Positions 48,859-59,800 of a stretch of 64,000 nt of DNA are shown in pieces (position 1 is the stretch's first letter; every line of letters begins with the position of its first letter). The DNA comes from Lama guanicoe (Eukaryota): positions 124,001 to 188,000 of the forward strand of contig MU056270.1 of NCBI GenBank assembly GCA_013239625.1, given 5' to 3'. Made by a program: the position numbers and the translations under genes. The notes below the pieces were generated by a model that was not told where the DNA came from, made no database searches, and worked only from the letters and a program-made list of their open reading frames with translations.

Positions 48859-49551
48859 GTAGGTAGGTGGGAGGTAGGCGGTAGGTAGGCGGTGGATAGA
48901 GAGGCTCGGTAGAGGTATATGCACGGTGCTGTGGTATAGACGCTGTCATGGAGCAGGTGTTTTACTCACATGTGGGTTGACGTTCTGTATCAATACATCG
49001 AATTCTACACCATCATCACAAAGGCCACCCTGATTCATGACTATGATCTATTTGACCTATATGCCCTTTTCCCCCCAAGTCCTCTTGTCAGGGGAGGGCA
49101 GGGCAAAGAGACCTCAAAAGCCCGACATTGGGGTGAAAGATGTCTTTGAGAAAGGAATCAACTGACACTGTCGACGTGGAGCAACCCTTCAGGAAGCCAA
49201 GACCTTTTACTATCTGATCACCTGAAACTCTAGAGCTTTCCTCAGCTCAAGGTCTTTAAGCCCAGCTGGGTCTGACAGAGCCTGGATTTGACACCAGAAC
49301 TCGTACAGTGCGTGCAGGTGACCTGAGCCCACACTGTCTCAGGAGAGTCCCCCTGTTCTGCATGGAAGCGCCCTCCTCACCTGGAGGCCCTGCCACGTCC
49401 TGAGCGGCTCCCTGATCCTGGATACACCCTGGCATCTAGTGTTTGATCGGATTGCTTCCATCAGTGCGTCCCTGCTCTGTGCTGAACGCGAGACGAGGAG
49501 ACGGTCTCTCTTTGTGACGTTGAGAGCAGGGCCAAATTTTCAGTGCCGCTC

Positions 49552-49640
49552 CTTCACTCAGCAAGTGTTAACTGAACACCTACTGTGTGCTGGGCAGTCT
49601 TCTAGGTCCAGGGAGATACCAGCACACCAGACAGGCATGA
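49552..49640 (-). mobile_element. L2 3' end fragment
   Basis: ttcactcagcaagtgttaactgaacacctactgtgtgctgggcagtcttctagg. Confidence 0.7.
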
Positions 49641-50121
49641 ACGCTGTTCGAGGGGTGAGAAAGACGACCCACAAACACCTCGTGCTCACATTTCTGCAAG
49701 CCTGAGTGAGATTTTCTCCTAAAAATGATTTTCCAGAAGTGCCGTCATGGCTCAAAGGGGCTCCTTCTCATTCTTAGGTCTTCTCTGGAGACCTTTTATT
49801 TTGTAAATAAGACGATTTCAATTACTATTATGTTTGAATGACATCAGTGAGCCACCCCACACTTGGAAGACTCTGGCCTCCATGTTCAAACACCACCTCC
49901 TCTAATGAAGAGCTCGGAACTCTGCCCAGAGCTTCCCAGCCCTCACCCTGCTGCTCTCAGGGAGAAGAGGAGCTGAGGGCAGACCTGTTCCTCATTCACT
50001 CCGTCAGGGAGCGTGGAGGGTGGCACCACCACATCGTCCGCGTCACCCAGGTCAGGGGCTCTGCTTGCTCCCCACCTCAGACTCTGGAAATTTGCTCGGT
50101 CAGTTAGAAACATGCATCCAA

Positions 50122-50250
50122 GGGGGAGGGTACAGCACAGGGGTAGAGCGTGTGCTCAGCACACACAAGGTCCTGGGCTCTGTCCCCCGGACCTGCATCA
50201 AAACAAGCAGATAAACCTATAGTTATCCCCCCCACGAAATAACCGAAAAA
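50122..50250 (+). mobile_element. tRNA-derived camelid SINE (vic-1 type), followed by a (GA/GGAA)n tract to ~50350
   Basis: GGGGAGGGTACAGCACAGGGGTAGAGCGTGTGCTCAGCACACACAAGGTCCTGGGCTC: tRNA-Ala-like head with degenerate A/B boxes, then aaacctatagttatccccccc and an A-rich tail. Confidence 0.8.
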
Positions 50251-51526
50251 GCGGAAAATCCATTTCTTAAGAAAAAAGAAGGAAAGACAGAGAGAGAGAG
50301 AGAGAAAGGAAGGAAGGGAGGGAGGGAGGGAGGAAGGAAGGGAGGAAGGAGTGTCCAGGACCCACCCTGGAGGTGGCCTTGACCCGTCTCCGCGCTGCGC
50401 TGGGTCTGAAGCAGAAAGGCCCCGCCAGCCCGGCCCTGTCCTGGGCTGTGCAGGCCGCGGGTCCTGACCCCAGGGCCGCCTCCGACCTGCCCTGCGGGCA
50501 GGGCCCCACCGCAGCTTCAGGAAGGAGCCGTCAGGGCTGCTGAGTAGCGCTCTGCACCCTGAGCCGTGGATGTTAGCCACCGGCGCTCCGGGCTCTCCTC
50601 GGGCTTTTTAAACAAGATGCAAGACATACAGGGTGCTGGCTCCCACAACGAGAACTGGTATTTCGTATTTTGTAATGCTTATTTTTCCTATAAAAGAGAT
50701 AAAACATTACAAATGTAATTTCTAGAATCCTTTAAAAACAAGCAAAACATATCATTTACTGTTTACAGATGCACGTACAAGGGCTACAAATAGGTAAGGA
50801 GTGCCTCTGGGCGGGCCTGGAGGGACCGCTAAGCGGACGCGTCCTCTCCTGCCCCCGAAGACAGCAAGATTCACCTGGAATCCACAGGGTCTTCTGGAAG
50901 GTCCATGTGGTCCTCATTAGAGGCTTTCAGCTCCCTGGGGAGGCTGTGCGGCCTGTGGGCAACAGGATGTAGGGGAACATTTGGCAGAGCCTGGTGGCCA
51001 CCAACATGCCCTTCCTGAGTCTCCTGGGTGCTTCCCTCCCCGGACGACTTGCTGACCCTCAGGCCACATGCCCTGTGCCCTCCTTGCTTCTGCGCAGCTG
51101 TCCACTCAGGCTGGCCCGCCCCGGCTCATTTAGGGTGGGGGGGTGCTGTCTGGGAGGACTCCTCGCCCCTCCCTGAGTCCTTTCCTGGATACGTCCCTGT
51201 TGCACCCACAGAACTCTGTCTTGCAGAAGCCGCTCCTCATTTCCCTCATCACACGGTACCATGCAGTGCGTGTGCACGCGCTGCGTGCACGTGCATGTGT
51301 GAGAGCTCGTGAAGCCAGGGTGATGTCTTCCTCAGCTCAGGACTCCAGCTTCCTACACTCTGTCCGGCACAGGCTATTGAACAGATCATTCATGCGGAGT
51401 GTGGGGTTTGGGAGAGTCTCCGGACTGTGTGCTCCGGACTTCTCTATAACCACAGGGATAGGTCTGTAGCTGGCACCTGGGGTGAAGCACACTTCTGACG
51501 TGGGGTCAGGGAGGGTGGGCACTTGC

Positions 51527-51838
51527 TGCGTTAGCTCGACTGGGCTGCTGCTCAAACAACTACCACAAATGGGGAGGCTAGCAGCAGGCCTGGACTTCTC
51601 ACAGTTCTGGAGGCGGAAGTCCGGACCTCGGCCCCACAGACCTCGTATCTGTCTTCCCGCCACGTCCTCATGTGGAGGGAGGGGCGGGAGCTCTCTGGGG
51701 TCCCTTCTACAGGGACTCCAATCCCTGATCAGGATCCTCAGGACCTGATCACCTCCCAAAGCCCCACCTCCTACCCCCTCCCTTGGGGGTTACAGTCTCC
51801 ACACGTGGACTTCGTGGGGACACGTTCAGTCTACAGCA
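51527..51838 (-). mobile_element. MaLR LTR (MLT1A-like)
   Basis: ttctcacagttctggaggcggaagtcc ... gagctctctggggtcccttct ... atcacctcccaaagccccacctcc ... ggggacacgttcagtctacagca. Confidence 0.8.
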
Positions 51839-52173
51839 TCTACGTTTCAAATAGCCTCTTTGAGAGTCTCGAATGTAAGGGGCTGGCTTCTTGTGAGGTT
51901 AGCACTGCATGGTTTTACTCTGGAAAGGCCGCTGACAGCGCCTGTTCTCGGGAGGGGGGACGGCTCCTCTTTCTCACTACAGTTTTCATTCACATTCTGG
52001 GGGGGCCTTCTGTTTAACACCGGAAGTGGGAGGGGCCCTGGCAGTGCCCCATGGCAGTCACCATTAGGACCCTCCCGGCGATCGTGGAGCTGGACGAGCA
52101 TGGGGCCACTGCCACTCCCTGGGCTAAGCGTGAGTTCAGCTCATTTTTAAAATTTTAGGTTAAAACACATAGA

Positions 52174-52827
52174 AATCCCAGTCCTGGTCACACATCTGGA
52201 GGGAACTTAATTGGAAAAGACCTGCACCCCGAAGTTCACAGCAGCTCCATGTACGACAGCCGAGACGCGGAAACAGCCTCGATGTCCATTGACAGGCGAC
52301 CGGATAAAGGCGTTGCGGTGCATTTATGCAACGGAGTGCTGCTCGGCCGTAAAACATAATAAAATAATGCCATTTGCAGCAACATGGATGGACCTGGAGA
52401 TCATCACTCTAAGTGAAGTAAGACAGAAAGAGAAAGAAAAGTGCCACATGGTATCACTCATATGTGGAATCTTAAAAAAAGAAAAGAAACGAAAAGGACA
52501 CTAATGAGCTCATCTACAAAACAGAAACAGACAGACACAGTAAACAATTTATGGTTACCAGGGGAGAAAGGGTGGGAAGGGACAAACTTAAGGGTTTGAG
52601 ACTTGCAAAGGCTGACCACTATGTATAAAACTAGATAAAAAACAAGTTTCTTCCGTACAGCACAAGGAACTACATTCAATATCTTGTAATAACCTTTAAT
52701 GGAAAAGTATATGAAAATGAATATATGTATGTACATGCATGACCGGGACACTGTGCTGCACACCAGAAACGGGCACACTGTAACTGACCGCACTGCAATT
52801 AAAATAGATAAATAAATAAATAAAAAT
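52174..52827 (+). mobile_element. 5'-truncated camelid-type L1 (ORF2 C-terminus + 3' UTR + (TAAA)n tail) with ~12-bp TSD
   Basis: ORF 52211..52504 encodes the L1 ORF2 end (IMPFAATWMDLEIITLSEV). TSD AAAACACAT(A/G)GA at 52162-52173 and 52828-52839. Confidence 0.92.
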
Positions 52828-55079
52828 AAAACACATGGAGACAGACGTTCTGATGTGTCTGCTGCTGGACCCGTGGTTACCCCAGCCGCAGCAGGTGTTA
52901 GGTACCCAGACACTGAAGGCTTATTGAAGGAGAAAAAGGATTTGGACCACAATCATCTTCATGAGTCCAAGGCTGACGTGACGGCAGGTGACAGACGTCT
53001 GGGGGAGCTGAGCCTCATGGTCTGTCTTCTCGAGACCCAGCTCCCACTGGTCTGGGGGGGAGTCAGACAGCTCCCCAGACTCCCACACGTGCCCCCCCCG
53101 AGTCTAGACAACTTCCCCGTAAACTGAGAGGGGGTTACAGAGTGTCTAGTATCCAGTTTGGGGGCCTTCAGATATGCAGAGTTCTCTAAGAAAGAGTAGT
53201 GGTTACGTTCTCCTGAATAAGGCTCAAGGTACGGAAGCAGCGATGGTGACAGCGGCAGGGACAGCAGCAGGGAGTGTGCCCCCCGAGTGCCCACCACTGA
53301 CGTAGACGTAACCTCATCTCATCTGAAAAGCAGCCTGGGTAAAGCCTCCATGCTCCAGCTGCTCTTAGACCCGAGTCTGAGCTCCCCGACGTGCCCGACA
53401 ACTCCATCCGCAGCATCTGGCCACCTGGCCCTGCTCCCCACACGTGCGTCCTGGGGCCCCCTACCAGCCCTGCACTTGTCCTGGGGAACAGCTGCCTCCC
53501 CGCCCCAGGCAAGGGTTCCCGTGCTGTAATTGCTCAGTCAGCCCTTGACGGCCTCTGTCTTGGAGCCAGAGGAAGGATGTTCTCAGGAAGCACAGGAGTC
53601 AAGGGGCTCAGACGTCCACCGGCTGCAGCCACAGGGGCCAAAGCGGGAGTGAGCTCAGCACAGGATAAGTGGTGGCGTTGGACCCGAATGCGCAGGATGA
53701 CTTGAACGTGCAGGTCCGCGCTGGTGGAGAAGTGAAAGCCCACTGTGAGGAGGGCGTCCTCTGGCTCAGGGCCCCGCGCACGGCCCGTCCAGCGCGGAGC
53801 GTGCCTGGTGCGCGCTCAGTCACCGGGGGCGCAGGGAGGCGCTGCGTCGGCACCCCGGACCCGGCGCAGGATGAAGCTGGGGGTGAGAGACTGCCTCGGG
53901 CCAGCCTGGGATGTGAACTCGGGGGCCTGTCTTTAACTGCTTTTTCTGCCACTGCCCTCAAAGGCGAGGCCGAAGGCCCTCCCCGCTTCCAAGCCGTCAT
54001 CTCCCCAAGTGTGCCGGGACCCAGGACGGACACAGCACGGCGTGTGAGTCCCTGAAAGCTCCGCTCCTCGCTGGGACACCAGGGCCACGGCTGCAGTGCG
54101 TTCACCACATGCTGCGCATCCCTGGGTCCGCCTGGGCTCCCGGGGCAGCTGCAGCCGACGGGGACAATTTTGGCCTCACTTACACCTCTGAATGTTAGGG
54201 GATCTCGAAAGGATAAAGATAACGGAATGTGTCAGACGAATTCGACAGCAAGGTTCAGCAGCAGGACCCACGCTGCCTGCCCCACCCCTCAGAGTCAGCC
54301 CTGCCCCACGTGCTCTCAGGCCGATCACCCACCCTGCCCCGAGCAGCTCACCTCCTGCCTCTCGCTGCTGGTGTACACGTTTGGCACGTGTGTGCAGGAG
54401 AGACTCCTCAGGATCCGCGTCAGTTTGCACCTTGGAGACCAGGCTTACTGACGTCCTGCGATACGTGCGTCCCTGTGTCCTGGCTGCCAGAGTGCACTCG
54501 GTTCTGTGGAGTGATGTACAGGCTCCTGGATTCTGTCTCCTTCAGAGCTATTTATAGAAAGATGAGGACAGAGACATGATTCCTGGTTTCAGGCTCCCCA
54601 GGCTGGCAGAAGCTGGAATTGCTTCAAAGCCCTGATTGCTTCTGTGGCCAACTTGCCAGCACCGTCTCCTGAGTGATGAGCGCCCCAAAGCAAAGGGAGA
54701 CAACCTCTGCTCCTCTGAGCTGAGCAGGCGCCGAGGGGCCGGACACGAGGCCTTGCTCTCCTGGGGCAGCGTCTCCACCAGGAGGTGGTGGTTGGGGTGC
54801 AACTGTGGTGGTGAAACAGAGACTGGAAAACCAGGCAAGGTCAGGCACGGCCTGATCCACAGCCTGTTCTGAGTAACGCGCCGGCATGGCGGGCCCCGGC
54901 TGTGGGCACGCGGCTCATCCCAGGTGGGAGCGAGGGGGCTGCCAGACAAGCCTGAGGCTGGTGGGGCCAGAAGACAGGGGAGGGTTTGAGAAAGAGAGGC
55001 ATGTGGCACAGACACCGGCCCGAAGGAGCTCCCAGCGGCCAAAGCTGGACTGATGCGAGCGTCCCGGTGGGCAGCGCCT

Positions 55080-55650
55080 CTAACCCAGAAACGAGAGGCG
55101 CTGCGCTCTAAACCCCAAGACGACACGAATGCCCGTGTGTCCACAGTGACGCGAACTAGCAAAGAAGCAGGCGAACCAACGGCAGCGAAGGATTTAAGTT
55201 AACAAGCGTGGAAGAAACAAGGAAAACACCGAGTCATCAAAAGGCAAACACTACAGCAAGAGCCGTCGCAGGGCAGACCCACTGGTGACACAAAAATCAC
55301 TGTGCTCAGCTTCGAGGAAAAACAGGGTATTTCCATAGTCTCTCACCTTGTCTCCCCCAAGAGGCTGACCAGTTAGGAAGAGAGAAACAGTGTTAATTAC
55401 AGTCTTCACAGCTGAGGAAGCCCGCAGCCCTGGGGACGAAGGAAGGAAGGAAACCGTGGGCCCCACACACCCTGCTGGACGCTCGGAGGACAAGTGCCAT
55501 TTCCTGGGACTCCTGCCAGAAGCGCATCACCTCCACTGATCAACACCGAGAAACAGCAGACAAGGCCGCATTCTGAAACTTTCCACAAGGTGACCGCCAG
55601 AAGCCTTGGGTGTCAAGGGCATGAAAGACAAGAAAGGACTGAGCGCCACC
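55080..55650 (+). mobile_element. L1MC3/4-like 3' region
   Basis: gaggaaaaacagggtatttccatagtctc ... ctcctgccagaagcgcatcacct ... gtgtcaagggcatgaaagacaagaaaggactgag. Boundaries approximate. Confidence 0.7.
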
Positions 55651-56267
55651 GCCCAAAAATTCCAGCAGCTGCTCTCCTGAAAACAGAGGCCAGGCCTGAG
55701 TCAGGGAGCTGCTCTTCAGCTGGAGCCGGGCGTCGCCGGGGGAGCCGGAGATCCCCGCAGATCCTGCCCCGTTTCTCCACAGAGATGAGACCGAGGATGA
55801 GGGAAAAGCGTCTGAACTCGGCCAACGGAGATGGGCAGTTAGGGCAGTGCAAACTCAAATTCTTTGTTTAAAAAAATTCTATCTCAATTTGAAAAATTGT
55901 CCGAATTCTCTCCTTCACGTTGCCTGCCAGATAGCTTACCTCATGCAGAGCACTAAGGCCTGGGAAAATGATAAAGAACTGGAAACGTGACCCTCATTGC
56001 TGGGACTCAGAGGGAAATAAGGTCACAAGAGAAATACACAAGTCGAAGTTGAAACCCGTGCCCACGATCAGTAACCACACACTTCCCTCAACAACAGTGC
56101 TTGGTGCAAGTCTAACCTTTGCCTCTAAATGGTGATGGTTTGAGGAGAGCTGTCCACTTACCCACGCCTCCTCTCACAGCCTAGTGGAGTGCCTTGTGTA
56201 TTGCAAAAGGTACTAAAAAATATTTGTTACATGAATAACCTGTCTTACAGTTTTTAAGAATGCCTGT

Positions 56268-56800
56268 AATGAATGGATGAAGGATAGATGTACAGAGTAC
56301 TGTTTGATCGTAAAGAAAGAAAGACGCCCTGTCATCTGTGACCATGTGGATGGAGCTTGAGGACATTGTTCTCAGTGACACAGGCAGGCACAGAAGGACA
56401 AACCCTGTGTGACCTCACTTGCGTGCAGAATCTCAGTCACGCGCACTTGGAGAAGCAGAGGGTGGAGGCATGGATGCAGGGGCTGGGGGAGAACAGGGGG
56501 CGGCGGTCGGAGGACTGCGCTGCACTTACGCCGGAGGACAGGCTCCGCTTGGGGCCTGCAGCTCACACGCTGGGCTGCACACCTACACTTGGCTAAGAGG
56601 ACAGAATTACTACATGACAACAACAGCAATGATTTAAAAGGGGTGGGAGGAAACTCTGGGAGTTGATGGATGTGTTCATGGCCTTGATGGCGGTGATGCT
56701 CCACAGATTGAACTCATCCCCAAACTCAGGTTACATACATTAAGTGCATCCAGCTTCTTACGTGTCAATCACACCTCAGTAACATGGTTTGAAATTTAAA
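56268..56800 (+). mobile_element. L1MA10/L1MB1-like ORF2 end and 3' UTR
   Basis: tggatggagcttgaggacattgttctcagtga ... gggaggaaactctgggagttgatggatgtgttcatggccttgatggcggtgatg ... tcaatcacacctcagtaa. Confidence 0.8.
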
Positions 56801-59800
56801 AACGTAATTAATTTTTAAAAGCAACGCCCACAGACATCGCCTGAACTCGGACAGAACTTCCACCAAGCCCAGAGACAGCCCTTAACGACAAGGGAGACGG
56901 AAGGGCCAGGCCGGAGGAGGCCGCTGCGGGCTGCGGCTGAACGCGAAAATTCGGGCCGGGAGGAGAGTGTTCTGGAACGGAGAGAGACCCGCCTTTTGCT
57001 GCTAAAGGCAGAGCATTTGAATCACAGGTAGAGTGGGCGAGGGAGAGGTAAGAGGCTGCAGTAGGAGGGGGTGCTTTGGGTGGAAGGGGCAGGACAGGCC
57101 ACTAGGCCGCTGGTTATGAGGGTAGCTGGTGTCGTGCAGATGAACGTCTCTGAATGTTCATCTGGGTTGATTCAAAAGCATTGGGAGGCCTAGAGATTCT
57201 GAGAAGGAGGAGCGGAATTTGGTGAGACACAACGGAATACAAACGCGGTGATTACGGTGGGGGAAGCCCCTGAAGATGGGACGGGGAGGCCAGTCGTGGA
57301 GAAGGGGCTGGTCAGAGGAGCTGAGAGGCCTAAGGCTCAGAAAGGGGGTGAGACCATTGGATTTCTGCGAGAAGGAGGTCACCAGTGGAGGTGTTCAGCT
57401 GAAAATGTGTTGAGGGCAGGAACCCTGCTCTGATACAGCTTTGGTTTCCAGAGGCATCTTTGAAATCCGACAATGGCGCTCTATGCCTCCCAGCCAGACT
57501 TCAAGCAACCCAGCGAAAGACACCAGTGTGAAAGTAAAGACATGTGAGGAGCGAAGCTCACAGCCAAGAGGAGGAGTCCACGGGACTGGCCTAGGCGGGG
57601 CACACACTGAACCTGTGGGTCCGGCGTCCTGTCTCTGCACTTGACATAAACCAGCATGTCTGTCAGTCTTTTCTCTGTTGCTTTTCTGTCTTTAAGACCA
57701 TGCTTTTATGGTTTTGATTATAAGGTATTTTTATCCCCCCAAAGTGTAAACTTCAGAGAGAAAATGGAGGAAAGACAAAGGATGAAAACCCCGTGTGGCC
57801 TCCCGCACGTCGGGGCCCCAGCTGCTGCCCGTCCCTCTCAGCTAAGGCCGCGTGTGCATGTGGCTCTGTGCCTCCTTCCCTTTAACATCATAGCATAAGC
57901 GCTTTCCCCAAAGTAGCAAAGCTTCTCTCAATTTCCCAACTGTGTGAACGTGCTGATGCATACTGATTGTTCCTGATGATTAGATATTTAAATTAAATCC
58001 AAGTTTTACAGCAACAGGTGCTGAGACGAACACTTTGGACGGGAGCGTCCGGTTGTTTCCGGGGGAGGTGCTGCACGTGGTTTCAGCTGGGGGGTGAACT
58101 GCTTTCTCTTTCCAGCGCTTATTCGTCGAGCAGTGCACGGGTGCAATGCTGCTCTGCCCCAATAGGGCCACCTGGGGAGCAGAAGGTTTGGATGTGGACA
58201 CTGAGGTACAGGCAGTGTGAGCACTGGGCAGGGTCACCTGCAGGGCGGCGGGGAGTGGACTTCTGACCCAGGGCTGTCCCTGAGGCCGCACAGGCTCAGG
58301 GGCCCCTCTGTCCAGCTCGTCTGTTGACGGGGGCGCCTCCAGGAACCCCTGTATCTCAAGTGTCCATCCCCAAACAGAATCACACCTGTGGCTCACAGTC
58401 AGCAAAGAGAGCCTGCATGGTAACGCAGACTGGATGCGAGGCTGGCCCCCAGCACCTCCCCCCGAGCCCTGACCCCAAGGGCACCTTGCCGAGGCCCCCG
58501 ACCGTCCCCACATTTCATTGCAGCTCCAGCTCCTCACTTCCAAGTCTCGGAAGCAGTTTGGGTGAGGAATCCCCCAGGCACCTGCTCTTCTTCGCTCCTG
58601 ATCCTTTCTTCCCTCTCCTCACGCCCCCAGCGGGGCTGCTCTGTGCGCACGGCACACGTGCTTCCTTCCATGGCCAAGGAGCCTTAAAGGAAGTCACCTT
58701 GGGTGGCTCCGCCAGGGCCACCCCAGAGCCGTGCTAAACGAAACTTCGTCGGAGGGAAGTGATCGGCGTCCACGGTCGGGAACCTGGTTCCTCCTGACCT
58801 CTCGCTGTGCCCCACTCCGAGTCTGGGGCAGAGACGGTCAGAGTGCCCACTGTGATGGTTGACAGTCAGAGTCCCCGCCTCCTCCCTGTCCACTGGGGGG
58901 CCTGTCTGCCCACCCCGAGACTGATCCCTGGTGAACCTGCTTCCAAAGTGAATTCCACTCCCTTTTACAGGTCAGTCCACCTAAATGTCCTGGGGGTACC
59001 TCTCATCTGGTCCCAAGTCAGCCCTCACTCTCCGTCCTAAATTTGGTGACCCTCCTGCAGCTGGCTCTCAGCACCCTTGGGACCCACACGGCCCGGTGCT
59101 GCCTTGCCGTGACCTCCTTGGTCCCCAGGGCCCCCAGGCCCAGCAGTGCCCCGCCTCCCGTCTTGGAGGAGGACTTCTGCTGATGGACCTGAACTTGATT
59201 TTCAAAAGGAAGAAATACCGAAGAAATTGGGAAATTTCAATGAACTAGAAAGGAACATTGGTTTTTAATCTATAAAGCTGGAGGTGGAGGAGAATGCATT
59301 AAGAAGCCTTTCGTTGCAGACGATACAAACAGAAGCCAAGGAAAGGCAAACATTTACTACAACGGTGGGGGGAGGGCACATTAATTTATAAAACAGTAAG
59401 TACATAAATCACAAATTGGAAAAATGCAAAATTTTAAGCCTCCCCAAAGTTCTATGTAGGTCACCCAGGAAGAACACACCCAAGCACAACCTATAAGGGT
59501 CAGTTTACAACCTGTGGCCCTCAGGGACGAAGGTGACACTTTGTCCAGGATAAAAGCAAACACATCTGCCAAAGCAGCTGCATTAAGGGTTCACAGCATC
59601 GCCCTTCTGAGGCCTTCCCTTCCGTGTAAGTCAGTTCCTTTTCACACTTGACAGACAATAAAACAGAGAGCTGAATTCAGCGAGCAGACGAGCAGACCAT
59701 TCCAGGGGTTTGTTCAAAAGGCACTGCCTACTGGCTTTGAAGGATGATTTTGCAGAGTTGAAAGAAAAAGCACATCGTTTAGAAGAGAAAGGGAATTTCT

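Noticed and set aside
50122-50195. tRNA-Ala-like gene
   Set aside because: Degenerate B box followed by SINE body and A-rich tail; it is a SINE.
52211-52504. 97-aa ORF as a host gene
   Set aside because: It is the C-terminal fragment of L1 ORF2 in a 5'-truncated element.
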